DNA of 64,000 bases. Origin: Bdellovibrionota bacterium (GTDB lineage Bacteria; Bdellovibrionota; UBA2428). Position 1 is the stretch's first letter. Every line of letters starts with the position of its first letter. The DNA is taken from contig JAWKOD010000004.1 in the NCBI GenBank assembly GCA_041391385.1, positions 192,651-256,650 on the forward strand, in the 5' to 3' direction. Below the pieces are notes generated by a model. That model did no database searches. It was not told the DNA's origin and saw only the letters and a program-made list of their open reading frames with translations. Positions 8,478 through 18,311 of this stretch are shown piece by piece. The translations under genes and the position numbers were made by a program.

Positions 8478-9590
8478 ATGCCTCAACCGAGAATACTTCT
8501 TTCTAAGAAGTCGCTTATAAAAAACCTGGAGAATTTGACTACTCTTAGTGGTGGCTTGAAGGCATTTCCAGTCTTAAAAGCAAATGCGTATGGCTTAGGG
8601 ATAGAAGAGGTCGCTTCAGTCTTTGAAGCTTATTCTGAAGAGACTCTCCCTTATTACTGTGTGGCACGAACCGTTGAGCTACAGCAACTTAGAGCCTTGG
8701 GGGTAAAGCGAAAATTACTTCTTTTAAGTGAATGGCCAGTTCAGTGGGAAGATCTTCCAGAAAATTCAGAAGTCGTTATTACCTGTCTTGAGGACTTCAG
8801 ACGCCTTGTTGCTCAAAATAAAGCGCTTTCTTATCATTTAAAGATTAATTCAGGCATGAATCGTTTGGGGATTCGTGTTTCCTCACTCGATGAGAAGGAG
8901 CTTGATGAGCTCGTTCAGCTTGTTCAAATTGCAGAGAAAAAGGGACAGTTTTGTAAGGGCGTTTGTACTCACCTTGCAAGCGCAGAAGAAATTCCTGAAA
9001 AATTCTCTTATAAACAACTCAAAATTTTTCAAGATAACTATGAAATGCTTGAAAAAAGACTCTCAAAAAATTTCAAATGGATTCATGGGCTCAATTCACC
9101 TGGAATTTTAAAAAAATTGGCAAAGCAGTGTCCTTTTAATGCTTTTAGGCCTGGTATTCACTTGTGGGGTGTACGGGATCCTGACTCTCCAATTGATATT
9201 GCTCCCGTTCTGCAATTGCGTGCACCCGTAAGACAACTATACTGGATATCAAGGGGTGAAAGTGTGGGGTATGGACGCCGTTATATTGCAGATAAGGATA
9301 CACGCGTGGCTATCCTAAATATTGGCTATGCCGATGGCTTACGACGTGATTCTTGGGCGCGAAATTTGGCCTTTTATTATAAGGGTGAAAGAGCGCCACT
9401 TCTCGGTACAGTTTCAATGGACATGTGTGCAGTAGATTGCACGCAGATTAAAGAAGAGATCTTGCCGAATGCAGAGTTTGAATGGATTGGTCCTCACCAA
9501 AGTGTAGAAACAATTGCGCTCGCTCAAAGCACTATTCCCTACGAGGTCTTTACTTCGTTATCAGTCCGTATTGAGAGGCAGCTCGTATGA
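8478..9590 (+). CDS. alr: Alanine racemase
   Basis: PLP-lysine motif VLKANAYGLG and C-terminal GTVSMDMCAVD. Confidence 0.85.
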   Translation: MPQPRILLSKKSLIKNLENLTTLSGGLKAFPVLKANAYGLGIEEVASVFEAYSEETLPYYCVARTVELQQLRALGVKRKLLLLSEWPVQWEDLPENSEVVITCLEDFRRLVAQNKALSYHLKINSGMNRLGIRVSSLDEKELDELVQLVQIAEKKGQFCKGVCTHLASAEEIPEKFSYKQLKIFQDNYEMLEKRLSKNFKWIHGLNSPGILKKLAKQCPFNAFRPGIHLWGVRDPDSPIDIAPVLQLRAPVRQLYWISRGESVGYGRRYIADKDTRVAILNIGYADGLRRDSWARNLAFYYKGERAPLLGTVSMDMCAVDCTQIKEEILPNAEFEWIGPHQSVETIALAQSTIPYEVFTSLSVRIERQLV

Positions 9591-10363
9591 TGCGCTTACT
9601 CTCCAAAATGGAGTGGCTGAGAAGCTTAGGGGACTATGGAATTTTTACCTTTCAGAGTTTGATTGCGATTCGAAAAAAACCGTATCGTGTTCGAATCCTT
9701 GTAGATGAAATTGAATTTATTGGTGTACAGAGTTTATTTATTATCTTCTTAACCGCACTTTTTACAGGAGCCGTATTTGCTTATCAGTCGTGGTTAGCCC
9801 TTTCGATTGTGGGAACTCAGTCGCTTGTGGGCGTGAGTGTGTCGATGGCGCTTTTAAGAGAGTTGGCGCCCGTGATGACTTCTATTGTTGTTGCAGGTCG
9901 CGCGGGGGCCGCAATGGCTGCAAAAATTGGGATAATGCGAGTGACTTCTCAAATTGATGCTATTGAGCTGATGGCGATTTCACCCAAGCATTACCTGGTA
10001 ACTCCTAAGATATATGCTTCATTACTAAGCTTGCCCTTACTCTGTGCTATCTTTTGTCTTATCGGAAATGTAGGTGGCTACATAGTTGGTGTCGGGCTTT
10101 GTAATATCGATAGTGGAATTTATTTAGAAAAGCTCAAAGCCTATTTGTATCCGATGGATCTATATCACGGGATGATTAAGTCGGTTATCTTTGGACTTCT
10201 TCTTTCGAGTGTGAGCTGTTGGAAGGGGTATCGTGCTTCAAATGGCGCTGAGGGCGTAGGAACAGCTACAAACGAATCAGTTGTTGTGAGTATTGTGGGA
10301 ATACTCGTTCTCGATTACTTTTTAACGATTCTCATTCCTACGGGCGGAAATCTTCAAAAATGA
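9587..10363 (+). CDS. mlaE: MlaE-family ABC transporter permease
   Basis: LLRELAPVMTSIVVAGRAGAAMAAKIGIMRVTSQIDAIELMAISP is the MlaE signature region. The start overlaps the alr stop (ATGA). Confidence 0.85.
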   Translation: MMRLLSKMEWLRSLGDYGIFTFQSLIAIRKKPYRVRILVDEIEFIGVQSLFIIFLTALFTGAVFAYQSWLALSIVGTQSLVGVSVSMALLRELAPVMTSIVVAGRAGAAMAAKIGIMRVTSQIDAIELMAISPKHYLVTPKIYASLLSLPLLCAIFCLIGNVGGYIVGVGLCNIDSGIYLEKLKAYLYPMDLYHGMIKSVIFGLLLSSVSCWKGYRASNGAEGVGTATNESVVVSIVGILVLDYFLTILIPTGGNLQK

Positions 10364-11115
10364 GTACAGAATCTCTGATTTCTATTAAAGATGTTTGGAA
10401 ATCTTTTGGAGAAAAAGAAATTCTAAAGGGACTCTCTTTGGAAATACCTCGTGGAAAAATTATTACAATGTTGGGTTTTTCTGGAACAGGAAAATCTGTC
10501 CTTTTGCGCCATATTCTTGGGCTTATGCAGTCGGATAAGGGCGAGGTAATAGTTAAGGGACAAGATGTTCAAAAAATTGATGAGGATGAATTACAAAAAC
10601 TTCGTCAAAGTTTTGGAATGTTATTTCAAGAAGTCGCACTTTTTGACAGTTTAAATGTGTTCGATAACGTTGCCTTTCCGATAAGAGAACATGAGTCGAA
10701 TATTGAGTTCGATGAGTTGGAGCGAAGGGTGGAAAATCTTTTGAAACTTGTCGAATTAGAGCGAGATGTTTTTTACAAAATGCCCCATGCGCTCTCTGGA
10801 GGAATGAAGAAAAGAGTGGGTTTAGCTCGCGCTATCTCACTAGAGCCAGAGATCTTATTGTGTGATGAACCCACAACGGGTTTAGATCCGATGACTACAG
10901 ACAAAATACATAAATTAATAGTTCGAAGTGTAAAGGAGATTGGCGGAACTGCATTTTTGATCTCGCATGATGTACATGCCGCTCTGCGCATTTCTGATTT
11001 GGTCGCCTTCCTCTGGCAGGGTAAAATTATAGAGGTAGGGTCACCAAAGGAGTTTGTGTCTTCTCGTCATGACATTGTTCAACAGTTTTTGGAATCTGCA
11101 GGTGTAAAAAAATGA
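10360..11115 (+). CDS. mlaF: MlaF-like ABC transporter ATP-binding protein
   Basis: Walker A GFSGTGKS, signature LSGGMKKRV, Walker B ILLCDEPT. Confidence 0.85.
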   Translation: MSTESLISIKDVWKSFGEKEILKGLSLEIPRGKIITMLGFSGTGKSVLLRHILGLMQSDKGEVIVKGQDVQKIDEDELQKLRQSFGMLFQEVALFDSLNVFDNVAFPIREHESNIEFDELERRVENLLKLVELERDVFYKMPHALSGGMKKRVGLARAISLEPEILLCDEPTTGLDPMTTDKIHKLIVRSVKEIGGTAFLISHDVHAALRISDLVAFLWQGKIIEVGSPKEFVSSRHDIVQQFLESAGVKK

Positions 11116-12557
11116 GACCACCGGGTTATGCATACGACCGTGAAATTTTAGCGGGACTTTTTGTAATGCTCGGCATTTTTGTGATCGGCATTTTTTCTTT
11201 AAAGATTACAGACAGCCCCATATTTAGGCCTGGAACGGAATATACCGTTTACATCGTTGATGCTGGGGGGATTTTTAGAAATTCAAAAGTAAAAATTGCC
11301 GGTATTAACGTTGGAGTAGTGAAAGATATTCGACTCCAAGAAGGTCAAGCCAAAGTAACTATACTCCTTGATCGCGGTTATAAAATTGAAAAAGGTGCTT
11401 ACATTCTTCCTCGTTCTCAAGGGATATTAGGGGATCGTTACTTGGAAATAGTATTACCAAAAGATGATCGAGAAGCTCAATCTATTGAACAAGAGGGTGC
11501 ACAAGAAATTAAAAGTTCAAGTTCGGCACCGGCCACAACATCCTTTTTTCAAAAGCTTTTACAACTTATATTACCAGTAGCTCATGCGCAAAACATGTAT
11601 CGAGAAGGTGAGATTATACCTGCTCAGCCAGGAACAGCTTCTGCTGATGATGTTATGCGAAAACTAGGTGATATTGGCGATGATGTAAAAATCTTAGCTA
11701 AAGAGCTGAAGGAAGTTGTTAAGGAGAATCGCACTGACTTTCGAGAGGCTATTCGATCCATTAGGAGTTCAGCTGAAGGTTTGGATTTGATCTTAAAGGA
11801 CCTGAGTGAAAAAAATACTCGGCAAGATTTAAAAGAAGCTATTAAAGGTATTCGCGAATCTGTGGATAATATTCGAGATATTGCTTCTCGAATTAATAGA
11901 GGTGAAGGGTCTATTGGAAAGTTAATTAACGATCCTCAAGCGGCCGATCAACTTGTTCGAGCTCTTAACTCAATTGTGGAATTTTTAGATCGAGCACGTA
12001 GAACTGAAGTGATTGTAGATCTCAATTCAAATTATTTATCCGGTTATAAAAAGACAAAAACTATTTTTAACCTCAGGATTATGCCCCGTAGTTCTTATGG
12101 TTATTTAGTGGGGATTGTGCAAGATCCAGGTGGACGTAAAACTAAAGAAACTACTGTAACTACAGTTGGTGGGATTCCTCAACCTCCCGTCGAAGTTGAG
12201 AGAACGCAGAAATCTGCGTATGAGCTAAACGTACAGTTTATTCGAAAACTTTATCACACAACTTTTAGGTTGGGTTTGTTTGAGAACTCCGGTGGAGTTG
12301 CTATCGATCAAGAAATTTGGCCGGGAGTTTTTTCCATTACAGGAGAGGCCTACGAGTTTGGTCGTGACGATGAGAATGCTCATGTTCGACTCTTTGGAAA
12401 AATAAACATTTTAGACGCTTTTTATATTCAAGGTGGTTACGATGAGTTGGCCTCTAAAACAGCAAGCGGCAGAGATGACTCACTTTTTGTAGGTCTCGGC
12501 TTACAATTTAACGACAATGATTTGAAAAACTTTTTAGTTTTTTTGGGGTTTCCCTAG
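11112..12557 (+). CDS. mlaD: MCE/MlaD-domain protein, long form
   Basis: N-terminal TM helix followed by an MCE domain (YTVYIVDAGGIFRNSKVKIAGINVGVVKDIRL) and a long helical and beta C-terminal extension. Confidence 0.75.
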   Translation: MRPPGYAYDREILAGLFVMLGIFVIGIFSLKITDSPIFRPGTEYTVYIVDAGGIFRNSKVKIAGINVGVVKDIRLQEGQAKVTILLDRGYKIEKGAYILPRSQGILGDRYLEIVLPKDDREAQSIEQEGAQEIKSSSSAPATTSFFQKLLQLILPVAHAQNMYREGEIIPAQPGTASADDVMRKLGDIGDDVKILAKELKEVVKENRTDFREAIRSIRSSAEGLDLILKDLSEKNTRQDLKEAIKGIRESVDNIRDIASRINRGEGSIGKLINDPQAADQLVRALNSIVEFLDRARRTEVIVDLNSNYLSGYKKTKTIFNLRIMPRSSYGYLVGIVQDPGGRKTKETTVTTVGGIPQPPVEVERTQKSAYELNVQFIRKLYHTTFRLGLFENSGGVAIDQEIWPGVFSITGEAYEFGRDDENAHVRLFGKINILDAFYIQGGYDELASKTASGRDDSLFVGLGLQFNDNDLKNFLVFLGFP

Positions 12558-12563
12558 GGGTGG

Positions 12564-14498
12564 ATGATGGCTAAGAAAAAAGAAGGCACAATCACCAAAA
12601 CCAAGGATTTAACTCAGTCGGGATCGCTTACGCGTACAGGTGAGGCCTTGCCCACTATTGAAGAACTCTTGGGGAAGAAGGATTCTCCTTTAATTGATGA
12701 CGATCAATTTCTATTAAAATTACAAAGTGCTCAGCGCTTGGACAAGATACTGGCGCTTTTAAATACGGAAACGGCCATTAGTTCTCAAGATAAACTTTCT
12801 ATCGTTTTAGGTCCTTATTCTCGTAGCCAGATTGTGGCATTGTCTGAAGCTAAGCTGCTTACTCGTAGGGATGAGCTTTTACCACCTCAGGGGAGTTGGA
12901 AAGGCGTATCTGAAACTATAGACGGCATTAAGATTGATCAGCTTGTATCTGAAGATATTACTTCAACAGCTTCAGTCACAGAGTCTATTACAGAGACTGC
13001 CTCTATTCGAGTTGAGACGCCGAGTGAAAAGCGTAAGCCTGCAGATTCTCAAAAGCGTCCCTCTATTCAAGAAGCCCAAAAAATAGAGACTATTGAAAAA
13101 CCAAGACCTAAAATTCCTGTGCCTCAGACTGTGACATTGGCGAATCCTGTTGTTACTACGACTTCGAGCTCTAGGAACTTATGGGCAACCTTGGCAATAA
13201 CAGGCGTTCTTATAGGGGGCGTCGCGCTCTGGAAATTTGGTTCTTTTTCTAAGCTTTATCCTGCTTCTCATAGCGGTGATTCAGCACAGTCAAACTCTAC
13301 TCAGGATTGGCCTGAGGCTATGAGAGAAAAAGATTTCGATGAGATTAAACTCAGCCGTGCTCCTTTGGTGGCTAAACTTGATCCGATTATGGATGCTTAT
13401 GAGCGTGGAGCAAAAGTTGTGTCTGAAACAGACTTGAGGCTATTAAAGGTGCTTGCAGGGCCCGGTTCTGCTTCGCTTGAAGCAAGAGTTATGGCAACGA
13501 ATTTATTGGCAGCGCTTGCATTGTCTCGCTCTCAAACAGAAGAAGCCAAGAAGCTTTTGGATCGATTACTTGAAATCGTGCCGACAGATTCGACGACTTT
13601 GTTGAATAGGTCTTTAACTTATCTTGTAAGTAGAGAGTATAAAGATGCAAGAGAAATAGCATCGACAGCACTTAGGTTATGCAAAGAACAAAGCTGTTGG
13701 ACTTCTCGTGCAATTTTAGGATTTATTGCGGCCGAAGAAGGTCGTTGGGATGAGGCTCAAGAAAATTATGAATCTGCTTTAGATTCCTCGCGTGGGAATA
13801 TGTGGGTGATGGGCTTGTGGCTTCGCTCTCTCAAAAATGCACCAAAAGATGTTGCTCGTAGTAAAGCTACACTTTTGCTTACCGAGAGTTTAGTCCTTGA
13901 TCCTGACCTTATGATTGATTCTCCGTTAAGAGCACCTCTTGCAACTCAGGTGTTTTTAGCTGAAGTGGTGCGTGGTTATAGAAGTGCAATTACCTTGGCC
14001 CCTTCTGCACTTACCGAAGGACAGAAAAAATATTTTGAGTGGCTTCTTTCTCGATTTGAGCTCAACCCTCTTGCGACTTCTGCACAAGAAGCGCTTGATA
14101 TTTTAAGAGGTGAAACAGCAGCTCTTTCTCAGTTGGCAGCTGCTTACTTAGAAAAAGAGGCGGGCCATTTAGACGTGTCTGCTGAAATTCTATCTCGGAC
14201 CTTAACTCGGCTCTCTGGAACTCAAATTAAGAGCTCATGGCCCTGGTCTTTTGCCGGGGATGTTCAACGCAATAGGGGAATGTTAGATCAGGCTGTTATT
14301 TTCTATGAAGGAGCCTTAAATCGTAATCCTCGAGATGTGAATGCAGTATTTGGCTTAGCTCTTATTTTGCGCCAAAAACGCGATTTTAAATCTGCAGGTC
14401 AGAAGATGGAAGAGGCTCTCTCGCTTGACCCCAACTATGTCCCAGCCCGCTTGCGTCGCGATCGTTTTGAGTGGGAACGTTACTGGATCAAACGTTAA
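12564..14498 (+). CDS. TPR-repeat membrane-anchored protein
   Basis: One central TM helix (LWATLAITGVLIGGVALW). The C-terminal half contains TPR-like repeats (AVIFYEGALNRNPRDVNAVFGLALIL...). Confidence 0.65.
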   Translation: MMAKKKEGTITKTKDLTQSGSLTRTGEALPTIEELLGKKDSPLIDDDQFLLKLQSAQRLDKILALLNTETAISSQDKLSIVLGPYSRSQIVALSEAKLLTRRDELLPPQGSWKGVSETIDGIKIDQLVSEDITSTASVTESITETASIRVETPSEKRKPADSQKRPSIQEAQKIETIEKPRPKIPVPQTVTLANPVVTTTSSSRNLWATLAITGVLIGGVALWKFGSFSKLYPASHSGDSAQSNSTQDWPEAMREKDFDEIKLSRAPLVAKLDPIMDAYERGAKVVSETDLRLLKVLAGPGSASLEARVMATNLLAALALSRSQTEEAKKLLDRLLEIVPTDSTTLLNRSLTYLVSREYKDAREIASTALRLCKEQSCWTSRAILGFIAAEEGRWDEAQENYESALDSSRGNMWVMGLWLRSLKNAPKDVARSKATLLLTESLVLDPDLMIDSPLRAPLATQVFLAEVVRGYRSAITLAPSALTEGQKKYFEWLLSRFELNPLATSAQEALDILRGETAALSQLAAAYLEKEAGHLDVSAEILSRTLTRLSGTQIKSSWPWSFAGDVQRNRGMLDQAVIFYEGALNRNPRDVNAVFGLALILRQKRDFKSAGQKMEEALSLDPNYVPARLRRDRFEWERYWIKR

Positions 14499-15466
14499 GT
14501 TTTTTTTAATTCAGATTTAAATTTTTGTATAATGTCAGCAACTCTTTCAATTTTGTGAATTCCTTCAACACTTTTTCCGGCTTGCCAGTAATAGTCTCGT
14601 CCCTTTGCTGATTTAATATTTAGCTTAAGGCCTCTAAGCGAAATGAGGGAGTAGAACATGCGGATCCAGTGTTTTGTCCTATTATTTTTAAGTAAAAACT
14701 TGCTGAGCGTGCTGGCGTGTTGCCCAATTCTTTTGACGTATTCGTTGTTGATGACGGCAATAGGAACACCCGTGAGTTTTTCTGTGTGAACAATATCGCT
14801 TGCGTGTGCATTCACAATGGCATTTTTGTATTCAGGGGCTACTTTACATTCTTCTGTAGCAAGAAAGCGTGTTCCCATTTGCACTGCTTCGTAGCCAATA
14901 TCGAGCATGTATTTGAATTTTTTTTCATCACCTACCCCTCCTGCACAAACAAGAGGGAGTCCAAGGTCTTTGCATTCATTATAAAGTTCCTGCGGTAAAA
15001 GAGTGCCTGAGTGTCCGCCTGCTAGGGAGTTTACGCATATGAGACCGTCGACATCTGCCTTTTGAGCTACAAGAGCCCATTTTCTTTCTGTGACATCGTG
15101 AAAAACAAGGCCACCTTGAGCGTGAATTTTTTCAACAAACCACTTGGGGTTACCAAGTGCGGTTATGAAAAAGCGAACACCTTCTTCACGTGATATTTCC
15201 ATGAAGTTTTTCATTCGTTGTATATAAATCTCTGAGGAATTTTCAATCAGAAGGTTCACTCCAATAGGTTTTTGGGTCAGGGTACGAATATAGCGTAAGC
15301 CCTCGCGGAATTTGTATCCGTGCACATAGGTTAATGAAAGGGGTTGCACGATCCCAATGGCTCCTGCTTCAGAGGCCGCAGCGACTAATTCTGGATTCGA
15401 GCAAGGGTACATGGCTCCACAAAAAATAGGGACTTCTATGTTTAGTTTTTCACATAACTTGTTCAT
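14495..15466 (-). CDS. Nitronate monooxygenase / FabK-like FMN oxidoreductase family
   Basis: N-terminus matches the NMO family (PIFCGAMYPCSNPELVAAASEAGAIGIV); a glycine-rich GGVGD follows later. Confidence 0.75.
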   Translation of the reverse strand: MNKLCEKLNIEVPIFCGAMYPCSNPELVAAASEAGAIGIVQPLSLTYVHGYKFREGLRYIRTLTQKPIGVNLLIENSSEIYIQRMKNFMEISREEGVRFFITALGNPKWFVEKIHAQGGLVFHDVTERKWALVAQKADVDGLICVNSLAGGHSGTLLPQELYNECKDLGLPLVCAGGVGDEKKFKYMLDIGYEAVQMGTRFLATEECKVAPEYKNAIVNAHASDIVHTEKLTGVPIAVINNEYVKRIGQHASTLSKFLLKNNRTKHWIRMFYSLISLRGLKLNIKSAKGRDYYWQAGKSVEGIHKIERVADIIQKFKSELKKT

Positions 15467-15936
15467 TTGTTTTTGCCAATCCGCCAGAGTGCTTGAACGG
15501 TGGCTACTGTTTCGTTTTGAGTATTTAAAATATTTCCGGAAACACTCACATCTTGAGTGCCTTCATCTGATTCTTGATGTGCGTAAGAGGCTTTAGCGAT
15601 AAGGGTGCCTCGAGCTTTTTTGAGGTAATCAATTTGAAAGCTCTTGAGGATAGCTCGGTGGTTGGGCGGAATTCCCGTTGTTACGGCTAATCCTGTTGCA
15701 AATTCTCCCAGATTTGCCAGAGCCATGGCATGAATAGATGAGAGGTGGTTGCGGATTCCTCTACGATCTTTGAGTCGAACTTCACTTTTACCTTTTTCAA
15801 GTTTTAAAACTTTAGAGCCTAGAGCGCCTGTGTAAGGGATGAGTCTTTTTATCATTAAAGAGAAAATCGTTTTACCCGCGGGCATGCGAGAGGCGTTTTT
15901 CCACGCTTCTAGAATAAAGCTTGAATCAACTTTCAC
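15463..15936 (-). CDS. Hotdog-fold thioesterase-like protein (PaaI/DUF4442-like)
   Basis: 157 aa. HLSSIHAMALANLGEFATGLA resembles PaaI-type thioesterases. Its stop overlaps the start of the NMO gene. Confidence 0.5.
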   Translation of the reverse strand: MKVDSSFILEAWKNASRMPAGKTIFSLMIKRLIPYTGALGSKVLKLEKGKSEVRLKDRRGIRNHLSSIHAMALANLGEFATGLAVTTGIPPNHRAILKSFQIDYLKKARGTLIAKASYAHQESDEGTQDVSVSGNILNTQNETVATVQALWRIGKNK

Positions 15937-15945
15937 TTTTGATGC

Positions 15946-16491
15946 CTAAAAATGAATGCCAGCAATAAAGCCTAAAAAGAACGGGCTAGAGCTTGCGATG
16001 TCAGCAGTATTGTATATAAGCCGGAGTCGTAAATCGAGGTTAACATCTGCTTGTCTCAAGAAAAGAGCTCCGATGTCGCCACCGATGTGAAAACCACCTT
16101 TCAGGTCTGTCCCCTGGACTTTTGCAAAACCTAAACCCACATTGGCACCTGCAAATGCAGCCCAGAGTTCATCGTCTAGGAATATAAAATTACCGCCTGC
16201 TGTAAAAGCCGTGTAGTGCTGGGTGGGGGAACCGCTGAATCGATTTAAGTGATCAACTCGTGCTTCGATAAAGGCAGCGTCGACATCCCAAACGTAACCG
16301 AGTCCAAATGAGTAGTGGGCATCTTTTTTGTCGTACGCTCGACTTACTGGGAGTGTGGCACCAAATGAGAATTCAAGTGATTTAAGGGATTCTCGTCTTT
16401 CTGCAAAAGCAGATAGAGAGCTAAAAATAGCAAGAGTTAGTAGAATTTTTCTCATAAATTCGAGTCTACTTTGAGGTGCTTTAAACGACAA
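15946..16491 (-). CDS. Outer-membrane beta-barrel protein
   Basis: Signal peptide, alternating beta-strand pattern, and a C-terminal aromatic residue (…GIHF). Confidence 0.6.
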   Translation of the reverse strand: MSFKAPQSRLEFMRKILLTLAIFSSLSAFAERRESLKSLEFSFGATLPVSRAYDKKDAHYSFGLGYVWDVDAAFIEARVDHLNRFSGSPTQHYTAFTAGGNFIFLDDELWAAFAGANVGLGFAKVQGTDLKGGFHIGGDIGALFLRQADVNLDLRLRLIYNTADIASSSPFFLGFIAGIHF

Positions 16492-16771
16492 TCACACACT
16501 CGGTTGGAAGGTAGTTTTTAGAAAGGCCTAAGTCTATGCAGGCATCACAAAAGGCTGTGAGTATCTTTATTCGCTGGAGCGTCATTTCTTGTCGCCATGT
16601 TGAGTTAGGAACGCGAAGTTGAAGGTATTTGCCTTGAGGGCCCTGTAGGACCCCCTGAAAAAAGACATTCTGCTGAAAGGGGCCCGTGCCACAGGCCTTC
16701 CATGCTTTAATGTAAATCAATACCGGCAAGGCTTTTAGCGAAGATCCTAGCGGGGTACTTTCGTATTTCAC
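16481..16771 (-). CDS. DUF721/DciA-like protein
   Basis: 96 aa. GKYLQLRVPNSTWRQEMTLQRIKILTAF resembles the DUF721 core (…v.v.ssaWaqEL.f.k..il..l). Confidence 0.45.
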   Translation of the reverse strand: MKYESTPLGSSLKALPVLIYIKAWKACGTGPFQQNVFFQGVLQGPQGKYLQLRVPNSTWRQEMTLQRIKILTAFCDACIDLGLSKNYLPTECVIVV

Positions 16772-16795
16772 GCTGATATCCTAACATGGTTCCCA

Positions 16796-17386
16796 ATGCA
16801 GATTCCAACACGGAGTTTTATACGCCCGGTGTTAATCTCTCTTTTTGCTGTGACAGCATGCGGTTATCACGTAGGAGATTTTAGGACCCCCACTCAAGAG
16901 CTTAGAGTTTTTGTTCCTGTTTTTGAAAACAGGAGTGTACGTCCGCTCGATTTAAACGACTTAACTTCTGAGTTTAGAGAAAATTTAGAGTCTATTCGGG
17001 GTGTTTCTTCGGTGAACTCTCGAGATGATGCAGATGTGCTCTTGCTGGGGCAGATTATTCAATACGATAGGAGCTGGGGAACAACAGCTTTTAAGGGAAC
17101 ACGGCAAACAGAGGCTGCGGGTGGGTTGCGCGAAGATGCTCTTAGCGCCTCAACAGCTCGAATTACCCTAGGCATGCGTATAGAAAAAAGAACGCGATTA
17201 GGTGAATTGTTGTCGTCTTCTAATTATGTAGAAACGGACCTCTACGAAATGAGTGATCGTTTGGAATTATCTCAGGGCTCAGCAGCTATTCCACAAATAC
17301 ATGCGTCACGAGAAGCTCTTTTGATTAAAAAGCTTGTTGCGCGTATATTTCAAAGAGCTCGAGCGCAGATTGTGGATGATTTTTAG
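16796..17386 (+). CDS. lptE: LptE-like LPS-assembly lipoprotein
   Basis: Lipobox VTAC followed by GYH, as in LptE. It sits immediately upstream of holA, as in the classical lptE-holA arrangement. Confidence 0.55.
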   Translation: MQIPTRSFIRPVLISLFAVTACGYHVGDFRTPTQELRVFVPVFENRSVRPLDLNDLTSEFRENLESIRGVSSVNSRDDADVLLLGQIIQYDRSWGTTAFKGTRQTEAAGGLREDALSASTARITLGMRIEKRTRLGELLSSSNYVETDLYEMSDRLELSQGSAAIPQIHASREALLIKKLVARIFQRARAQIVDDF

Positions 17387-17388
17387 TT

Positions 17389-18305
17389 GTGGCTGTAAAT
17401 ATGAATAGTCTTAAATTTTTTGAAACTTCGCTTAAGACTGATGCGAAGTGGGTGCTTTTTACAGAAGAGCTTAAGGCTCATGAAACAGAAGTCTTGAGGA
17501 AAATTCTTAAACTACAAAAGCGTGAGTTTTCTTTTTTAGAAATTAAGTCTGATGGGCCTAGTGCGGATCTTGAGGCTGCTTTTACGAGTTTAGATTTCTT
17601 CAGTCCTGCTAAAGTTTTTTATATTCATGTGAGTTCTTTTTCTAAATGGAGTGCTTTGGCCGAAAAGCGTTGGGCGCGAATTAAAGAATTGAGTGATGCC
17701 CAAGGGAATTGGCTTTTTGTAAGCGCAGATAAAGCAAAGTCTTTGTCGGATGCCCCTTTAGTTATTGATAATTCTATTGAATCATCATCAGCCGAATCTT
17801 GGATTTCTTTTTTTAATAAATTCATAGAAGCTGATTTAGATCAGAAACGTTTGGGCTTTATTCTTACGCAAGTACCAGATAGCTACCTTGATTACATGCA
17901 CTGGATTCAGCTGTGGAAATTGGGTGGTGATGACTGGGCGGCTCATGCTTTGGCGTGGGAGAGAAAGCCAGTTCCTCTCGTGTAAGTCATTCTGCAAATC
18001 CTGCCTATGATTGGGTTGATGCAGCTTTAGCGGGAAGAAAAGATCACTTTTTGCGACTGAGCGAAGAGTTGATTCAACAGCGTGGAGAGGATCCGCTTCG
18101 ATTGTGGGGGCTTTTAGGAAAATCGATTAAAATTTCGTCGCAAATCGGGATGGGCGAAAATATTACGGGCGAAGCGCCTTTTTTAATCAGTAAATTGAAA
18201 CGTGTAAAATACAGACCCGAACTTTTAGAGTGGTGGTGCAAGTGTGATCTTGCTATGAAAAGTACCCGCACTGATGTGATGGGTTTATTCGGGCAAATGC
18301 CTTAG
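17389..18305 (+). CDS. holA: DNA polymerase III delta subunit, split by an apparent 1-nt frame break near 17964-17966
   Basis: Two adjacent ORFs (17389-17985 and 17955-18305). The second frame is open only from 17934. One extra A in AGAAAGCC would give a continuous ...ALAWERKASSSRVSHSANPAYDWVDAALAG... Position after lptE and a summed length of about 305 aa both fit HolA. Confidence 0.65.
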
Positions 18306-18311
18306 GGCATT

